Assembly: GCA_964348825.1 (NCBI GenBank)
Contig: CAYGDX010000001.1
Span: forward strand, 239,463-303,462
Direction: 5' to 3'
Length of the DNA: 64,000 nucleotides
From: an uncultured Gammaproteobacteria bacterium
Lineage (GTDB): Bacteria > Patescibacteriota > Patescibacteriia > Veblenbacterales > UBA10138
Shown here: in pieces, positions 29,903 to 38,136 of the stretch
How the letters are laid out: each line of letters opens with the position of its first letter
Position numbering within the stretch: the first letter of the stretch is position 1
Translations under genes and position numbers: made by a program
Notes under the pieces: generated by a model
What the model was told of the DNA's origin: nothing
The model's input: the letters and a program-made list of their open reading frames with translations, nothing else
The model's database searches: none

Positions 29903-29944
29903 TCCGTCGTCACAAATGTCCGGCCGGACATTTGTGACGACGGA
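29903..29944. promoter_or_regulatory. Perfect 42-bp palindrome TCCGTCGTCACAAATGTCCGG|CCGGACATTTGTGACGACGGA between the giant ORF stop and the PaaX-like gene start
   Basis: Read directly. There is no loop and no T-tract. It may be an operator or a bidirectional terminator. Confidence 0.6.
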
Positions 29945-29966
29945 GTAATTAGATTATAATATAACT

Positions 29967-30509
29967 ATGATTAAAAAGAATGAATCAGTAACTCACTTCG
30001 TGTTAAAGTCGTTGGCTGTGGTTGGCAGTATCACAGTAGATTTTTATACTTGGACGAATGATTTACGACGTTGGCAGTACCATTATGAAAGTAATCGTGA
30101 GTGGAAAAATTATTTAAAATATATTAAGGATAAAAATAGATCACGTAAATTATTACATAATTTAAAAAGAAGAAATTATATTAAGATTAATAAAATAGGT
30201 AACAGGGTTATAATTAGTTTAACTGATAAAGGTAAAATGGCAGCACTTAAAAATAGTTTATTACAAACTAAAAAGATGTCAGATAAATATACTGTAGTAA
30301 TTTTTGATATTCCCGAAACAGCACGCTTAGCCAGAGTATTATTTAGAAAATTATTAAAAGAAGCTAGCTTTAAAAAATTACAACAAAGCGTGTGGATATC
30401 AAATTGTGATGCCCATGATATCATGATTAAATTTATTAAAGAGCAAAAAATAGATAAATGGGTTAACGTATTTTATGCTACCGATTTGTTCAAGAAGTTG
30501 AATTTGTAA
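29967..30509 (+). CDS. PaaX-family-like small regulator (N-terminal wHTH-like region plus a C-terminal Cas2-fold/PaaX_C-like segment)
   Basis: The C-terminal YTVVIFDIPETARLARVLFRKLLKEASFKKLQQSVWIS fits the Cas2/PaaX_C pattern (YDIPE...R..L.K.L...GF..LQ.SVW). Length 180 aa, Lys-rich. Confidence 0.5.
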   Translation: MIKKNESVTHFVLKSLAVVGSITVDFYTWTNDLRRWQYHYESNREWKNYLKYIKDKNRSRKLLHNLKRRNYIKINKIGNRVIISLTDKGKMAALKNSLLQTKKMSDKYTVVIFDIPETARLARVLFRKLLKEASFKKLQQSVWISNCDAHDIMIKFIKEQKIDKWVNVFYATDLFKKLNL

Positions 30510-30520
30510 TCGTTATCTAA

Positions 30521-30547
30521 TTATATCCGGCCGGACATTTATAGAGA
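30521..30547. repeat. Partial copy of the right half of the 29903..29944 palindrome (ATCCGGCCGGACATTTATAGAGACGGA) just after the PaaX-like stop
   Basis: About 22 of 27 positions match. With the full palindrome it flanks the 543-bp gene. Confidence 0.55.
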
Positions 30548-30596
30548 CGGAGATGATAATTGTTTTTTTAATTAAAATGTTGTGGATAGGTGGGTG

Positions 30597-30624
30597 TTGA
30601 CAGGTTTTTATAGTTTGGTATACT
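30597..30624 (+). promoter_or_regulatory. Sigma70-type promoter of the rplJ-rplL operon (TTGACA-16-TATACT)
   Basis: TTGACA at 30597..30602 and TATACT at 30619..30624. Confidence 0.65.
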
Positions 30625-30833
30625 AGTTTTACAACTTAAATCGCCACAGACAGTAGGTGTCCCATGTTCATCGGACTTAAGCTCAAAAAGGCCTGCCGAG
30701 GTAAGTAGTCAAGAGTCATAATTTTTGACTGATAGCTTATTATCTGTGGGTTAACCACAGTTTTTTTATTTAGAATTCGGTTGCTTTAGCAACCACCCAC
30801 CAAATCGGCGGGTAAAAGCGGGACTTTTATTTT
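30625..30833 (+). promoter_or_regulatory. rplJ 5' leader (candidate L10(L12)4 autoregulatory leader) with an internal hairpin plus U-run
   Basis: About 200-nt structured UTR. CTGTGGGTTAACCACAG is followed by TTTTTTTATTT. A GGTTGCTTTAGCAACC hairpin lies just before the RBS region. Confidence 0.45.
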
Positions 30834-31358
30834 ATGGCTAAATCAAAACAAGCAAAAGGTGAATTATTGAATAGTTTAACTAGTTTACTTAAAAAAGCTA
30901 AATCGTTGGTATTTGCTGATTATACAGGTTTGACAATGAAAGATATGCAGGAGTTGCGTCGAGCAATGAGAGCTCGGGGCGTAGAATATGAAGTAACTAA
31001 AAAAACTTTACTTCGCAAATCACTTGAATCAGCTAATATAACTTCGGTCGATGTGGATAGTTTACAAGGCATGGTCAGTGTGGCCGTAAGCGATAGTGAT
31101 GAAATAGAGCCAGCCAAGCAAGTGGTAGAATTTGCTAAAACTCATGACAAATTTAAATTACTTGGCGGTTTCATTGCCGGAGATTTTTATGGGGCTAGTC
31201 AAGTATCAGAATTAGCTAAATTACCAAGTAAAGATGTATTGCTGGCTAGAGCAGTTGGCGCAATTAAATCACCATTATCTGGATTTGTATCGGTGCTTAA
31301 AGGTAATTTGCGTGGGTTGGTACAGGTACTTTCAGCAATTAGTTCTGAAAAAAAATAA
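30834..31358 (+). CDS. rplJ: 50S ribosomal protein L10
   Basis: 174 aa with typical L10 N-terminal region, followed by rplL. Confidence 0.9.
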   Translation: MAKSKQAKGELLNSLTSLLKKAKSLVFADYTGLTMKDMQELRRAMRARGVEYEVTKKTLLRKSLESANITSVDVDSLQGMVSVAVSDSDEIEPAKQVVEFAKTHDKFKLLGGFIAGDFYGASQVSELAKLPSKDVLLARAVGAIKSPLSGFVSVLKGNLRGLVQVLSAISSEKK

Positions 31359-31401
31359 TTTATTTTATATCTAAATTTTATTAATAATTATCTATAATTA
31401 T

Positions 31402-31809
31402 ATGTCTGACGAAAAGAAAGATGTAGTAGTGCCAGAGAAGTTCAAATCGCTAGTTAGCGAAATTGAAAAACTCTCGGTGCTTGACCTCGCTGAGCTCGTA
31501 AAAGTGCTCGAAGAAAAATTTGGTGTTTCAGCCGCTGCGCCTATGATGATGGCTGCCGGCCCAGCCGCCGCTGCTCCAGCCGCCGCTGCGGAAGAGAAAA
31601 CCAGTTTCAATGTGGAATTAACCGAAGCTGGTGCCAACAAAATTGGTGTAATTAAGGCCTTACGCGAAGTTACTGCTTTGGGTCTTAAAGAAGCCAAAGA
31701 TTTAGTTGACGGTGCGCCAAAAATGGTAAAAGAGGGTGCCACCAAAGAAGAAGCCGAGACTATGAAAAAGAAAATTGAAGAAGCTGGCGGCAAAGTTACC
31801 TTAAAGTAA
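31402..31809 (+). CDS. rplL: 50S ribosomal protein L7/L12
   Basis: Ala-rich hinge [13 protein letters not shown] and the C-terminal domain [38 protein letters not shown]. Confidence 0.95.
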   Translation: MSDEKKDVVVPEKFKSLVSEIEKLSVLDLAELVKVLEEKFGVSAAAPMMMAAGPAAAAPAAAAEEKTSFNVELTEAGANKIGVIKALREVTALGLKEAKDLVDGAPKMVKEGATKEEAETMKKKIEEAGGKVTLK

Positions 31810-31828
31810 ATTCGAATATAAAAATAAA

Positions 31829-31868
31829 AATCACCTCCGATATTACTCGGAGGTGATTTTTTGTTTTT
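31829..31868. terminator. Bidirectional intrinsic terminator between rplL (+) and the convergent gene 31876..34002 (-)
   Basis: Stem ATCACCTCCG/CGGAGGTGAT with an 8-nt loop. It is flanked by an A-run upstream and TTTTTTGTTTTT downstream. Confidence 0.8.
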
Positions 31869-31875
31869 AATTTAT

Positions 31876-34002
31876 TTAACGTGTAAATTCGGGTAAGTAT
31901 AATTGATAAATATTTAGACCGTCTAAAAGATAAAGATTTTTTTCAGTGTCGATACTTATGTCGTAAATTATTGGTAAATATGGAAAAGTTATTTGAGCCA
32001 CTAATCGTGCATTTTTGTCTAGTATCACCAAACGTTTAGTTTTTTGATTAATTAAATAAAGATAATCTGATTCAGAGAATGTTTTAATAAAGTCAATTTT
32101 GGATAGCGGTGGGTTAATAGTTGGTAAATTAAAATTTTTTTTATTACCCAAAACGTATTTTTGTATGGCACTACTAGTTGCGGTATAAATTGTGCCGTCG
32201 ATTGTTAGGCTCGTAGCTTCGTTTAAAGTAGGATCATTATTTTTTAACCAGCGGGTGGGGGTAGTTACCCCAGTTATTTTATCAGTGCTAACACGGAAAA
32301 TAAAGCGTGGATTTTCGGCTAAGAAATAAAATTTATTATCGAAGGATCCGCCGCCTACAATCTTAGGTAAATTTTTTAACACTTGATAGGTTTGAGTGAG
32401 TGGGTCAAACAAATAGTTAGTGGAATCAGTTTTAATAATAATTTTATCGTTTAAGTTGTAAATAGATTTAAGTGGCTCGTGAAGTTCTAATTTTTTTTGT
32501 TTAATAACTGCTCGATTTAAATTTAATTCAGCAGTTTCTCCAGCACGACTGAATATTAAATTATTATTTTTGTTGAATACAAAATTTGTCCATATGTCAC
32601 CATTATTAAGTTGGGGCAGGGTAAGCCATGTGATGGGTTGATTAATTTCAAATAAACGATCAATTCTTTGGGCGAGAATTTTAAAACTATTTTGCCAAGC
32701 TTTGATTGATTCAATTTTATAGTGCGTGGCAGAAATTTCGGCTAGTAAATTATTACTTTGATTGAGTAGATCGCGCGCTTTTTGATCATTGTGATAAATT
32801 AAAGCAGCCTCGATTTCCGTTTGTGTAGAAGTTAATTTAGTTATAATATTATTTAATTTTTCATTTTCTTTGATTGTAGTTTGACGTTTGCCGATGCTAA
32901 CTATACTTTGCGAAAAAACTATTATTAAAATGGCTGCTAAAATTAGCAACACCTTTTTACCAGTGGGAAGTTTTTGAAAGTGACCCAATTTATTTTCTAA
33001 ATAAAAACTAGCAAAAGTTTTAGCCGATTCAGGGCTTTTAAGCCAAGCTAATTGATTTTTTTTATTACGCCAAAAGCGGCCAGTTTTTGTCCAAATTGTA
33101 ACCGGAGTTTTAATTTTAATGCTGGTTTTTTCTGGCGCAGAAGTGGCTGGGGGTGGAGTTTTGGTTAATACACCTTCTACTTTTGTGAAATTTTTAGTTG
33201 GCGTTATAACGTCGGTTTTGCCTTGTTTAGAGTTTGATTGGTTAAAAATATTTTGAAATTTTGGCCAAAATTTCGGCTTGAGTAAAAGTGAAGTTTTGTT
33301 TTGGGTTGATAACAATTTTTCGACTGAAGCGGCGGTGCCAATAATATTTTGCTCAGCGGTAGATTGTACTGCAATTATGCCAAGTGGCGGATGGTGTATA
33401 ATTTGTGAGGTAGTGCGTTCAATTTCACGAAGTGATAATCCTGGTACTTGATTATTAAAGATTTTCTTTAGTTTGTCGGGAGGATAAAAATCAAATAAAT
33501 TACTACTCAGGAGTAGAAAATTATCACCTTCTTCAAGTTGTCCTGAGCTTAATTCTTGGAAAGATATTTTAGTTGTAGTTTTGGGGCGAGTTTGATTTAA
33601 AAAATTTATATTACTGCCGCTTACTACCAAAGCACTGAGTCGGCCAACAATAGAAAGAACTAGGGAATGATTTTTAACTAGCGCTAAACCTAGTGAACAA
33701 CGTGGTGCCAGTGGATTACCGAGTAGTAGGCCAGCTTGCTCGAGAACTTCATTCATTTCTAAAAGAATAGATTCAAGTTTGGTTTCTAATGTTTGATTTG
33801 GTTTTATTTCATTTCGACTCGCCTCTATTATTTTATTAATATCAGCTAAAAATTTTACTCTGGTTTGTGGACTAAGATTAAGTTCAGCTAAAAATAATAA
33901 TGTATCTCCAGCTCCAGGTATCACTTGAGTAATCACTTGAGTATCACGAGTGGGTAGAGCGAGGGAAGCGATTTTGGTTGATTTTGGTGTAGTGTCTGAC
34001 AT
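31876..34002 (-). CDS. Hypothetical single-pass membrane protein. It has an N-terminal cytoplasmic domain (about 210 aa), a Pro/Thr-rich linker, a TM helix near aa 355-375, and a C-terminal extracellular domain (about 330 aa, possibly beta-propeller-like).
   Basis: 708-aa ORF. The TM segment is VLLILAAILIIVFSQSIVSI. No confident family assignment could be made. Confidence 0.5.
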   Translation of the reverse strand: MSDTTPKSTKIASLALPTRDTQVITQVIPGAGDTLLFLAELNLSPQTRVKFLADINKIIEASRNEIKPNQTLETKLESILLEMNEVLEQAGLLLGNPLAPRCSLGLALVKNHSLVLSIVGRLSALVVSGSNINFLNQTRPKTTTKISFQELSSGQLEEGDNFLLLSSNLFDFYPPDKLKKIFNNQVPGLSLREIERTTSQIIHHPPLGIIAVQSTAEQNIIGTAASVEKLLSTQNKTSLLLKPKFWPKFQNIFNQSNSKQGKTDVITPTKNFTKVEGVLTKTPPPATSAPEKTSIKIKTPVTIWTKTGRFWRNKKNQLAWLKSPESAKTFASFYLENKLGHFQKLPTGKKVLLILAAILIIVFSQSIVSIGKRQTTIKENEKLNNIITKLTSTQTEIEAALIYHNDQKARDLLNQSNNLLAEISATHYKIESIKAWQNSFKILAQRIDRLFEINQPITWLTLPQLNNGDIWTNFVFNKNNNLIFSRAGETAELNLNRAVIKQKKLELHEPLKSIYNLNDKIIIKTDSTNYLFDPLTQTYQVLKNLPKIVGGGSFDNKFYFLAENPRFIFRVSTDKITGVTTPTRWLKNNDPTLNEATSLTIDGTIYTATSSAIQKYVLGNKKNFNLPTINPPLSKIDFIKTFSESDYLYLINQKTKRLVILDKNARLVAQITFPYLPIIYDISIDTEKNLYLLDGLNIYQLYLPEFTR

Positions 34003-34268
34003 TTGATACGGAGTGTAAAATTTAGATAATTTAAAATTAAAAAATTAAAATGCAAAATGATAAATTGAAATTTAAAATTTTGGATTTATTTAGGATTTAG
34101 AAATTAGTATTTCTGATTTAATAATTATAGTTTATTGCTTAACGAATGTGTTAATAATTTACACTTACCCTAAGTTATTTGGTTGAGCTCGTTATTTTCC
34201 ACATTTGCTTATTCAGCACTATTCTATTATACTATAAAGCGTCACTTAAAGTAATATCATATTGATTT

Positions 34269-34832
34269 ATGCTTGAGCAATTATTTGGTTCACGAACGCG
34301 AGTTAAATTACTGCGTTTATTTTTAACTAATCCAACCACTTCTTACTTTGTACGTGAGTTAACTCGTAAGATTGATGAACAGCTTAATTCTGTGCGTCGA
34401 GAGTTAGCTAATTTAGCAGGGCTTGGAGTGCTAACAACCAACGATCAGTCAGATAAAAAGTATTATCAACTGAACAACAAATTTGTACTAGCTGAAGAAC
34501 TGAAAAATTTATTAGTTAAATCTCAGTTACTAGTGGAAGAAGATCTAATTAAACGCCTTAAGGCCGCGGGTAAAATAAAATTACTAGTGCTTACTGGATT
34601 ATTTACTGGTGCTAAGCAATCGGCCACCGATATTTTAGTGGCTGGCAAAGTAGATCATGGTTTGGTGGTGCGGGCTGTGGAACGTTATCAACGTGAAGTA
34701 GGGCGGGAATTAAATTTTACAATTCTTTCGGTGCGCGAATATAAAGAGCGTCATAATTTAGGAGATAAATTTTTGTTAACAATTATGAATGGTCCTAAAT
34801 TGGTAGTGCTAGATGAAACGGCAAACGATTAA
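34269..34832 (+). CDS. Winged-helix transcriptional regulator-like protein
   Basis: N-terminal RTRVKLLRLFLTNP...VRELTRKIDEQLNSVRRELANLAGLGVL wHTH pattern. Length 187 aa. Confidence 0.5.
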   Translation: MLEQLFGSRTRVKLLRLFLTNPTTSYFVRELTRKIDEQLNSVRRELANLAGLGVLTTNDQSDKKYYQLNNKFVLAEELKNLLVKSQLLVEEDLIKRLKAAGKIKLLVLTGLFTGAKQSATDILVAGKVDHGLVVRAVERYQREVGRELNFTILSVREYKERHNLGDKFLLTIMNGPKLVVLDETAND

Positions 34833-34835
34833 TGT

Positions 34836-35726
34836 ATGGAAAATTTTAATTCTTTGTTTATAGCGCTGGCGGCTTTACTTTGGAGCAGTGATTCACTGTT
34901 CCGTTTTTCTTTACTTAAAGATTTGTCGCCGTGGGCGATAGTGTTAGGCGAGCATGTCCTCGCCTTAGTTTTTGTGGGGCCGATTTTATGGCGCGAGCGA
35001 ATGGCACTTTTAATATTAAATAAAAAACAGTGGGGATCTTTAATATTTATTGGTGTGGGTGCCTCGGCGCTCGCCACACTTGCTTTTACCACTTCGTTTT
35101 CCTATATTGGCCCCTCAGTTGCTATTTTACTTCAAAAAACACAACCATTTTTCACTTTTATTTTAGCTTGGTGGTGGTTGAAGGAAACGTTGCCTAAAAA
35201 ATTTGGTTGGTGGGCAGGGCTGGCCATCGTCGGTGCTTATTTAGTTTCGTTTCCAGAAATTATTCCGCAGTTTAGCTTATATCAAAATGGTGGATGGGGG
35301 ATTATTTTGGCTTTAGTAGCTGCGGCATTGTGGGGTAGCGCTACAGTATTTGGTCGTACCTTGGTTAATACTTTGCCTTATCCACTAGTAACCGCTTTAA
35401 GATTTATAATTGCCTTACCAGTGCTTGTGGTTTTGCTTTTTGTGTATGGTGGGGGAATTTCAGCTTATTCAGGTTTATCAATTCAAGATTTATTGTATTT
35501 GATAATAATAATGCTCGGGCCCGGTTGGGGTGCAATGTATTTGTATTACAAAGGATTAAAATTTACACGCGCTTCCGTTTCGGCAATTTTAGAGCTTACT
35601 TGGCCAGTAGCGGCGGTAATTTTGAACTGGATTTTCTTAGATGAAAAATTAATGTGGCTGCAAATTGTGGGCGGACTTGCCCTAATTTTGGCGGCTAGTA
35701 AATTAACCGTATGGAAAAAAGATTAG
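34836..35726 (+). CDS. DMT-superfamily (EamA-like) transporter
   Basis: About 10 predicted TM helices arranged as two EamA-like halves. Length 296 aa. Confidence 0.7.
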   Translation: MENFNSLFIALAALLWSSDSLFRFSLLKDLSPWAIVLGEHVLALVFVGPILWRERMALLILNKKQWGSLIFIGVGASALATLAFTTSFSYIGPSVAILLQKTQPFFTFILAWWWLKETLPKKFGWWAGLAIVGAYLVSFPEIIPQFSLYQNGGWGIILALVAAALWGSATVFGRTLVNTLPYPLVTALRFIIALPVLVVLLFVYGGGISAYSGLSIQDLLYLIIIMLGPGWGAMYLYYKGLKFTRASVSAILELTWPVAAVILNWIFLDEKLMWLQIVGGLALILAASKLTVWKKD

Positions 35727-36199
35727 ATACATATAAGACGTCATCCTCGCGAAAGCGGGGATCCAGTAAAAATAATCAAGTTATATCGGTTCTGGATTCC
35801 CGCCTCCGCGGGAATGACAGTTGGTTTTTATTTTTGTCAGTGGATCGTGAACGGACTTTATTTTTGGCCGCAGTTGATAGCCAAGGTAATTTCGTCAAAA
35901 CTAAAATAATTAAGCATGGCGGTAATACAGAAAAACTTTTACCACAAATTATTAAATTTATTAATCAGGTATGGGGGAATGGTCTTCCAACCGGTTTGAT
36001 AGTGTCATTACCCAAAGATTTAAGTTTTACCCAAGCGCGGCTTATTTGCGCGGTTGGCAATGTTCTTTCTTATGGTTGGCAAATAAAAGTTTGCCGCCTG
36101 TCAATATTTGATTGGGGTGTTAAAACCATTTCTCTAAAGCGTTTAAAGTGGCAAAGTATGATTAAGGTAGAGTATTATGGTCCGGGAGTGGGTGGTTGA
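35711..36199 (+). CDS. TsaB/YeaZ-like (inactive Kae1 paralogue) N-terminal-domain protein. The real start is probably downstream of the repeat element, around 35835-35870.
   Basis: LFLAAVDSQGNFVKT...SLPKDLSFTQARLICAVGNVLSYGW resembles the TsaB pattern (laiDTS..., GPGSFTGlRig). The first 40 codons of the listed ORF lie inside a repeat. Confidence 0.4.
   Translation: MEKRLDTYKTSSSRKRGSSKNNQVISVLDSRLRGNDSWFLFLSVDRERTLFLAAVDSQGNFVKTKIIKHGGNTEKLLPQIIKFINQVWGNGLPTGLIVSLPKDLSFTQARLICAVGNVLSYGWQIKVCRLSIFDWGVKTISLKRLKWQSMIKVEYYGPGVGG
35740..35818. repeat. Inverted pair of GTCATCCTCGCGAAAGCGGGGATCCAG / CTGGATTCCCGCCTCCGCGGGAATGAC hairpin elements (MITE-like)
   Basis: Two hairpin-repeat copies in opposite orientation about 25 bp apart. 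They overlap the annotated 5' end of the next ORF. Confidence 0.7.
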
Positions 36200-36246
36200 C
36201 AATTTTAGTAGTTTTACAGTAAGATGTAGAAAATAAAATAATAAGT
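36196..36246 (+). promoter_or_regulatory. Candidate promoter (TTGACA-18-TAAGAT) containing the shared motif TAAGATGTAGAAAATAAAATAA
   Basis: The motif recurs at 37129..37151 upstream of the next gene. Confidence 0.45.
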
Positions 36247-36285
36247 TAAATAATGATTTTCTTTAACAATGTAGGAATATAAACA

Positions 36286-37110
36286 ATGAATTGTCCAAAA
36301 TGTAATGAGGGAATTATTATGGTGACAGCTGGGGTCTGTACTTGCGGGCATCATATGTTAGTTTGCAACAAATGCTTTTCGATTTTTGGTGTTGAATGTG
36401 GACCGCCATTTGGCCCTGAAAAACTTCCACCAGACTTTCCTATAGTATTTAATGAACAAATGACTAGGATAGCAAAAGAAGATGTAGAAGAATCGGGGGT
36501 AATTTTACCAGATGCATTTGGTATTTTGTTTACGGTAGAAGATTTTAAAGCTAAGGGTTGTCAATGGCCAAAAACAGAAACCAAAAAGAAAATCAAGTTG
36601 GCAGTTTTTATTGCCACTTGGTTTTATTCAGGATTAATTCCGCCATTCAGTTTAAAAGGGATGGCCGGTACTTATGGTAGTTTTTTTAGCATTCCGTTAG
36701 TGTTTGGCGCTTTATGGATGGCAAATAATATTTGGTCAGGAATATACCTTGCTATATTTATGACTATTTATTTTTTGGGGCTTAAATTTGTTCCTAAGGC
36801 AGAGATCGAGTTGGGTCCCAGAGCTGATTGGCATGGTAAAATTAAGAGTCGTGATCAAAATCAAATAGTTATTGATGAAACTTGGGGGATGTTAACAACT
36901 TTTTACCCTTTTGTACCTCATCACCAACCAATTTGGTTAGTATTATTGGTAGGATTTATTCTATTCCGCATTTTTGATATTATTAAAATACCGCCGACTG
37001 GATATTTTGATAGGAAAAAATCTGCCGCAGGAGTAATGATGGATGATTTTGTCGCTGGTATTTACGCCTTGATTTGTATGCAAATACTGATAATATTCTT
37101 CAATCTTTAA
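36286..37110 (+). CDS. Zinc-ribbon domain fused to a phosphatidylglycerophosphatase A (PgpA)-like membrane domain
   Basis: The N-terminal Cys cluster is CPKCNEGIIMVTAGVCTCGHHMLVCNKC. The C-terminal segment IVIDETWGM...AAGVMMDDFVAGIYA matches the PgpA pattern. Confidence 0.6.
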   Translation: MNCPKCNEGIIMVTAGVCTCGHHMLVCNKCFSIFGVECGPPFGPEKLPPDFPIVFNEQMTRIAKEDVEESGVILPDAFGILFTVEDFKAKGCQWPKTETKKKIKLAVFIATWFYSGLIPPFSLKGMAGTYGSFFSIPLVFGALWMANNIWSGIYLAIFMTIYFLGLKFVPKAEIELGPRADWHGKIKSRDQNQIVIDETWGMLTTFYPFVPHHQPIWLVLLVGFILFRIFDIIKIPPTGYFDRKKSAAGVMMDDFVAGIYALICMQILIIFFNL

Positions 37111-37128
37111 ACACCTGTCCGTTTAATA

Positions 37129-37151
37129 TAAGATGTAGGAAATAAAATAAC
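37129..37151 (+). promoter_or_regulatory. Second copy of the TAAGATGTAGGAAATAAAATAA motif, about 60 nt upstream of the 37199 gene
   Basis: 21 of 22 positions identical to 36220..36241. Confidence 0.45.
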
Positions 37152-37198
37152 AAATAAATCACAATTTATAAAAATAATTCTTTAATAAAGAGGTTAAA

Positions 37199-37714
37199 AT
37201 GTCAGATAACAAATTTGATGTCAGAGTGTTTATGCGTTCAATCACTTTGAATGTAGTGATTCCTGAGCTACATGTTTGGGAGTTTATGGGTCAATTTGGT
37301 GAAAATTTTGCCACAACAAATTTTGAAGGTGGTGGCAAGCAGGTTAAAGCAGTTGATAATTATTACAATCATCCTAATGGTTGGCACGTAATCGTGACTG
37401 TATCTGAGCATGAGGAATTTAAGTTTTATCAATTTTTAAGTGCTTTTTGTCATAGTAAAAAAATTATTTTCCGTGGGGCTGAACAACCGGAGTTCGACGT
37501 AAACTATTTAGCTTATAATAATCTTCGTTCAGATCAAAATTGGCTTAGTGAACATCAAGGTATGTGGGTGGTTTTTGCTGATGGAGAATTAATTACTAGG
37601 GCAAACGAACACGAAGAGGCATTAAAACAATCGCATGCACTCCATCCGGAAGGCGGTAGGTTCTGTACAAAAGTTCAGACCATTGAAGAGGATGAAGTAA
37701 TCCCAATGCCGTAG
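37199..37714 (+). CDS. Hypothetical protein (C-terminal segment weakly DUF5678-like)
   Basis: 171-aa ORF. GMWVVFADGELITRANEHEEALKQ resembles the DUF5678 core. Confidence 0.4.
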   Translation: MSDNKFDVRVFMRSITLNVVIPELHVWEFMGQFGENFATTNFEGGGKQVKAVDNYYNHPNGWHVIVTVSEHEEFKFYQFLSAFCHSKKIIFRGAEQPEFDVNYLAYNNLRSDQNWLSEHQGMWVVFADGELITRANEHEEALKQSHALHPEGGRFCTKVQTIEEDEVIPMP

Positions 37715-37829
37715 TTAAAAGATTAGTGTAAAAAGAAAAAATATTAGTTTCTCAAACCAAATCCTAAGTTTCACACGGGTTTGGTTTTTTATTTCTTTAA
37801 AATTTGTCATTTTGGAGGAAATATATTGT

Positions 37830-37945
37830 AATAAGTGGATAACTAGGGTTTGACAGTGGTAATTGGGTGGTGTAAAATGGTATTACAGTGGTATAAAGTG
37901 GATAAAAGTGGGGATAAGTTAGAATTAGGTGGATAAGTGAGTGAT
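37830..37945 (+). promoter_or_regulatory. Helically phased array of seven or more (A)AGTGG(A/G)TAA repeats upstream of mraZ. Either a candidate MraZ operator or DnaA-box-like sites. It overlaps a TTGACA-17-TAAAAT promoter (37850..37878).
   Basis: GTGG starts at 37835, 37856, 37867, 37888, 37898, 37908 and 37929. The spacings are 21, 11, 21, 10, 10 and 21 bp, all in one orientation. Confidence 0.55.
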
Positions 37946-38136
37946 AAATAATAATTGATTGTCATGAGTTTGGTGGGAAAGGACTGATAATCTGTGTAAA
38001 ATCACTAATAACTAATGTCTAATTCCTAAAAAATCCTCTCGCTACGCGAGATCTGGCGTAGCCACGACAAATTCCCAAATTTAGTTATTTTTAGAAATTA
38101 GTCCGCCAGCTGGCGGATTAGAGATTAGAAATTTAC

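Noticed and set aside
12418-29931. About 30 minus-strand and alternative-frame ORFs (60-220 aa) listed inside the giant gene, for example 14563..15078, 16177..16746, 21919..22524, 24010..24576 and 27043..27705
   Set aside because: They are antisense or out-of-frame products of the ACN/GCN/GGN-rich codon usage of a Thr/Ala/Gly-rich gene. Their proteins are low-complexity P/V/A-rich and they lie wholly inside a continuous 17.7-kb frame.
29967-30509. Cas2-like C-terminal motif suggested a CRISPR adaptation gene
   Set aside because: There is no CRISPR repeat array and no cas1 or other cas gene in the window. The extra 100-aa N-terminal domain fits PaaX-family regulators better.
37830-37945. Interpreting the AGTGGATAA cluster as the chromosomal replication origin
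   Set aside because: No dnaA/dnaN is nearby. The position immediately upstream of mraZ and the 10-11-bp phasing favour an MraZ operator. Kept as an alternative within the finding rather than called as oriC.
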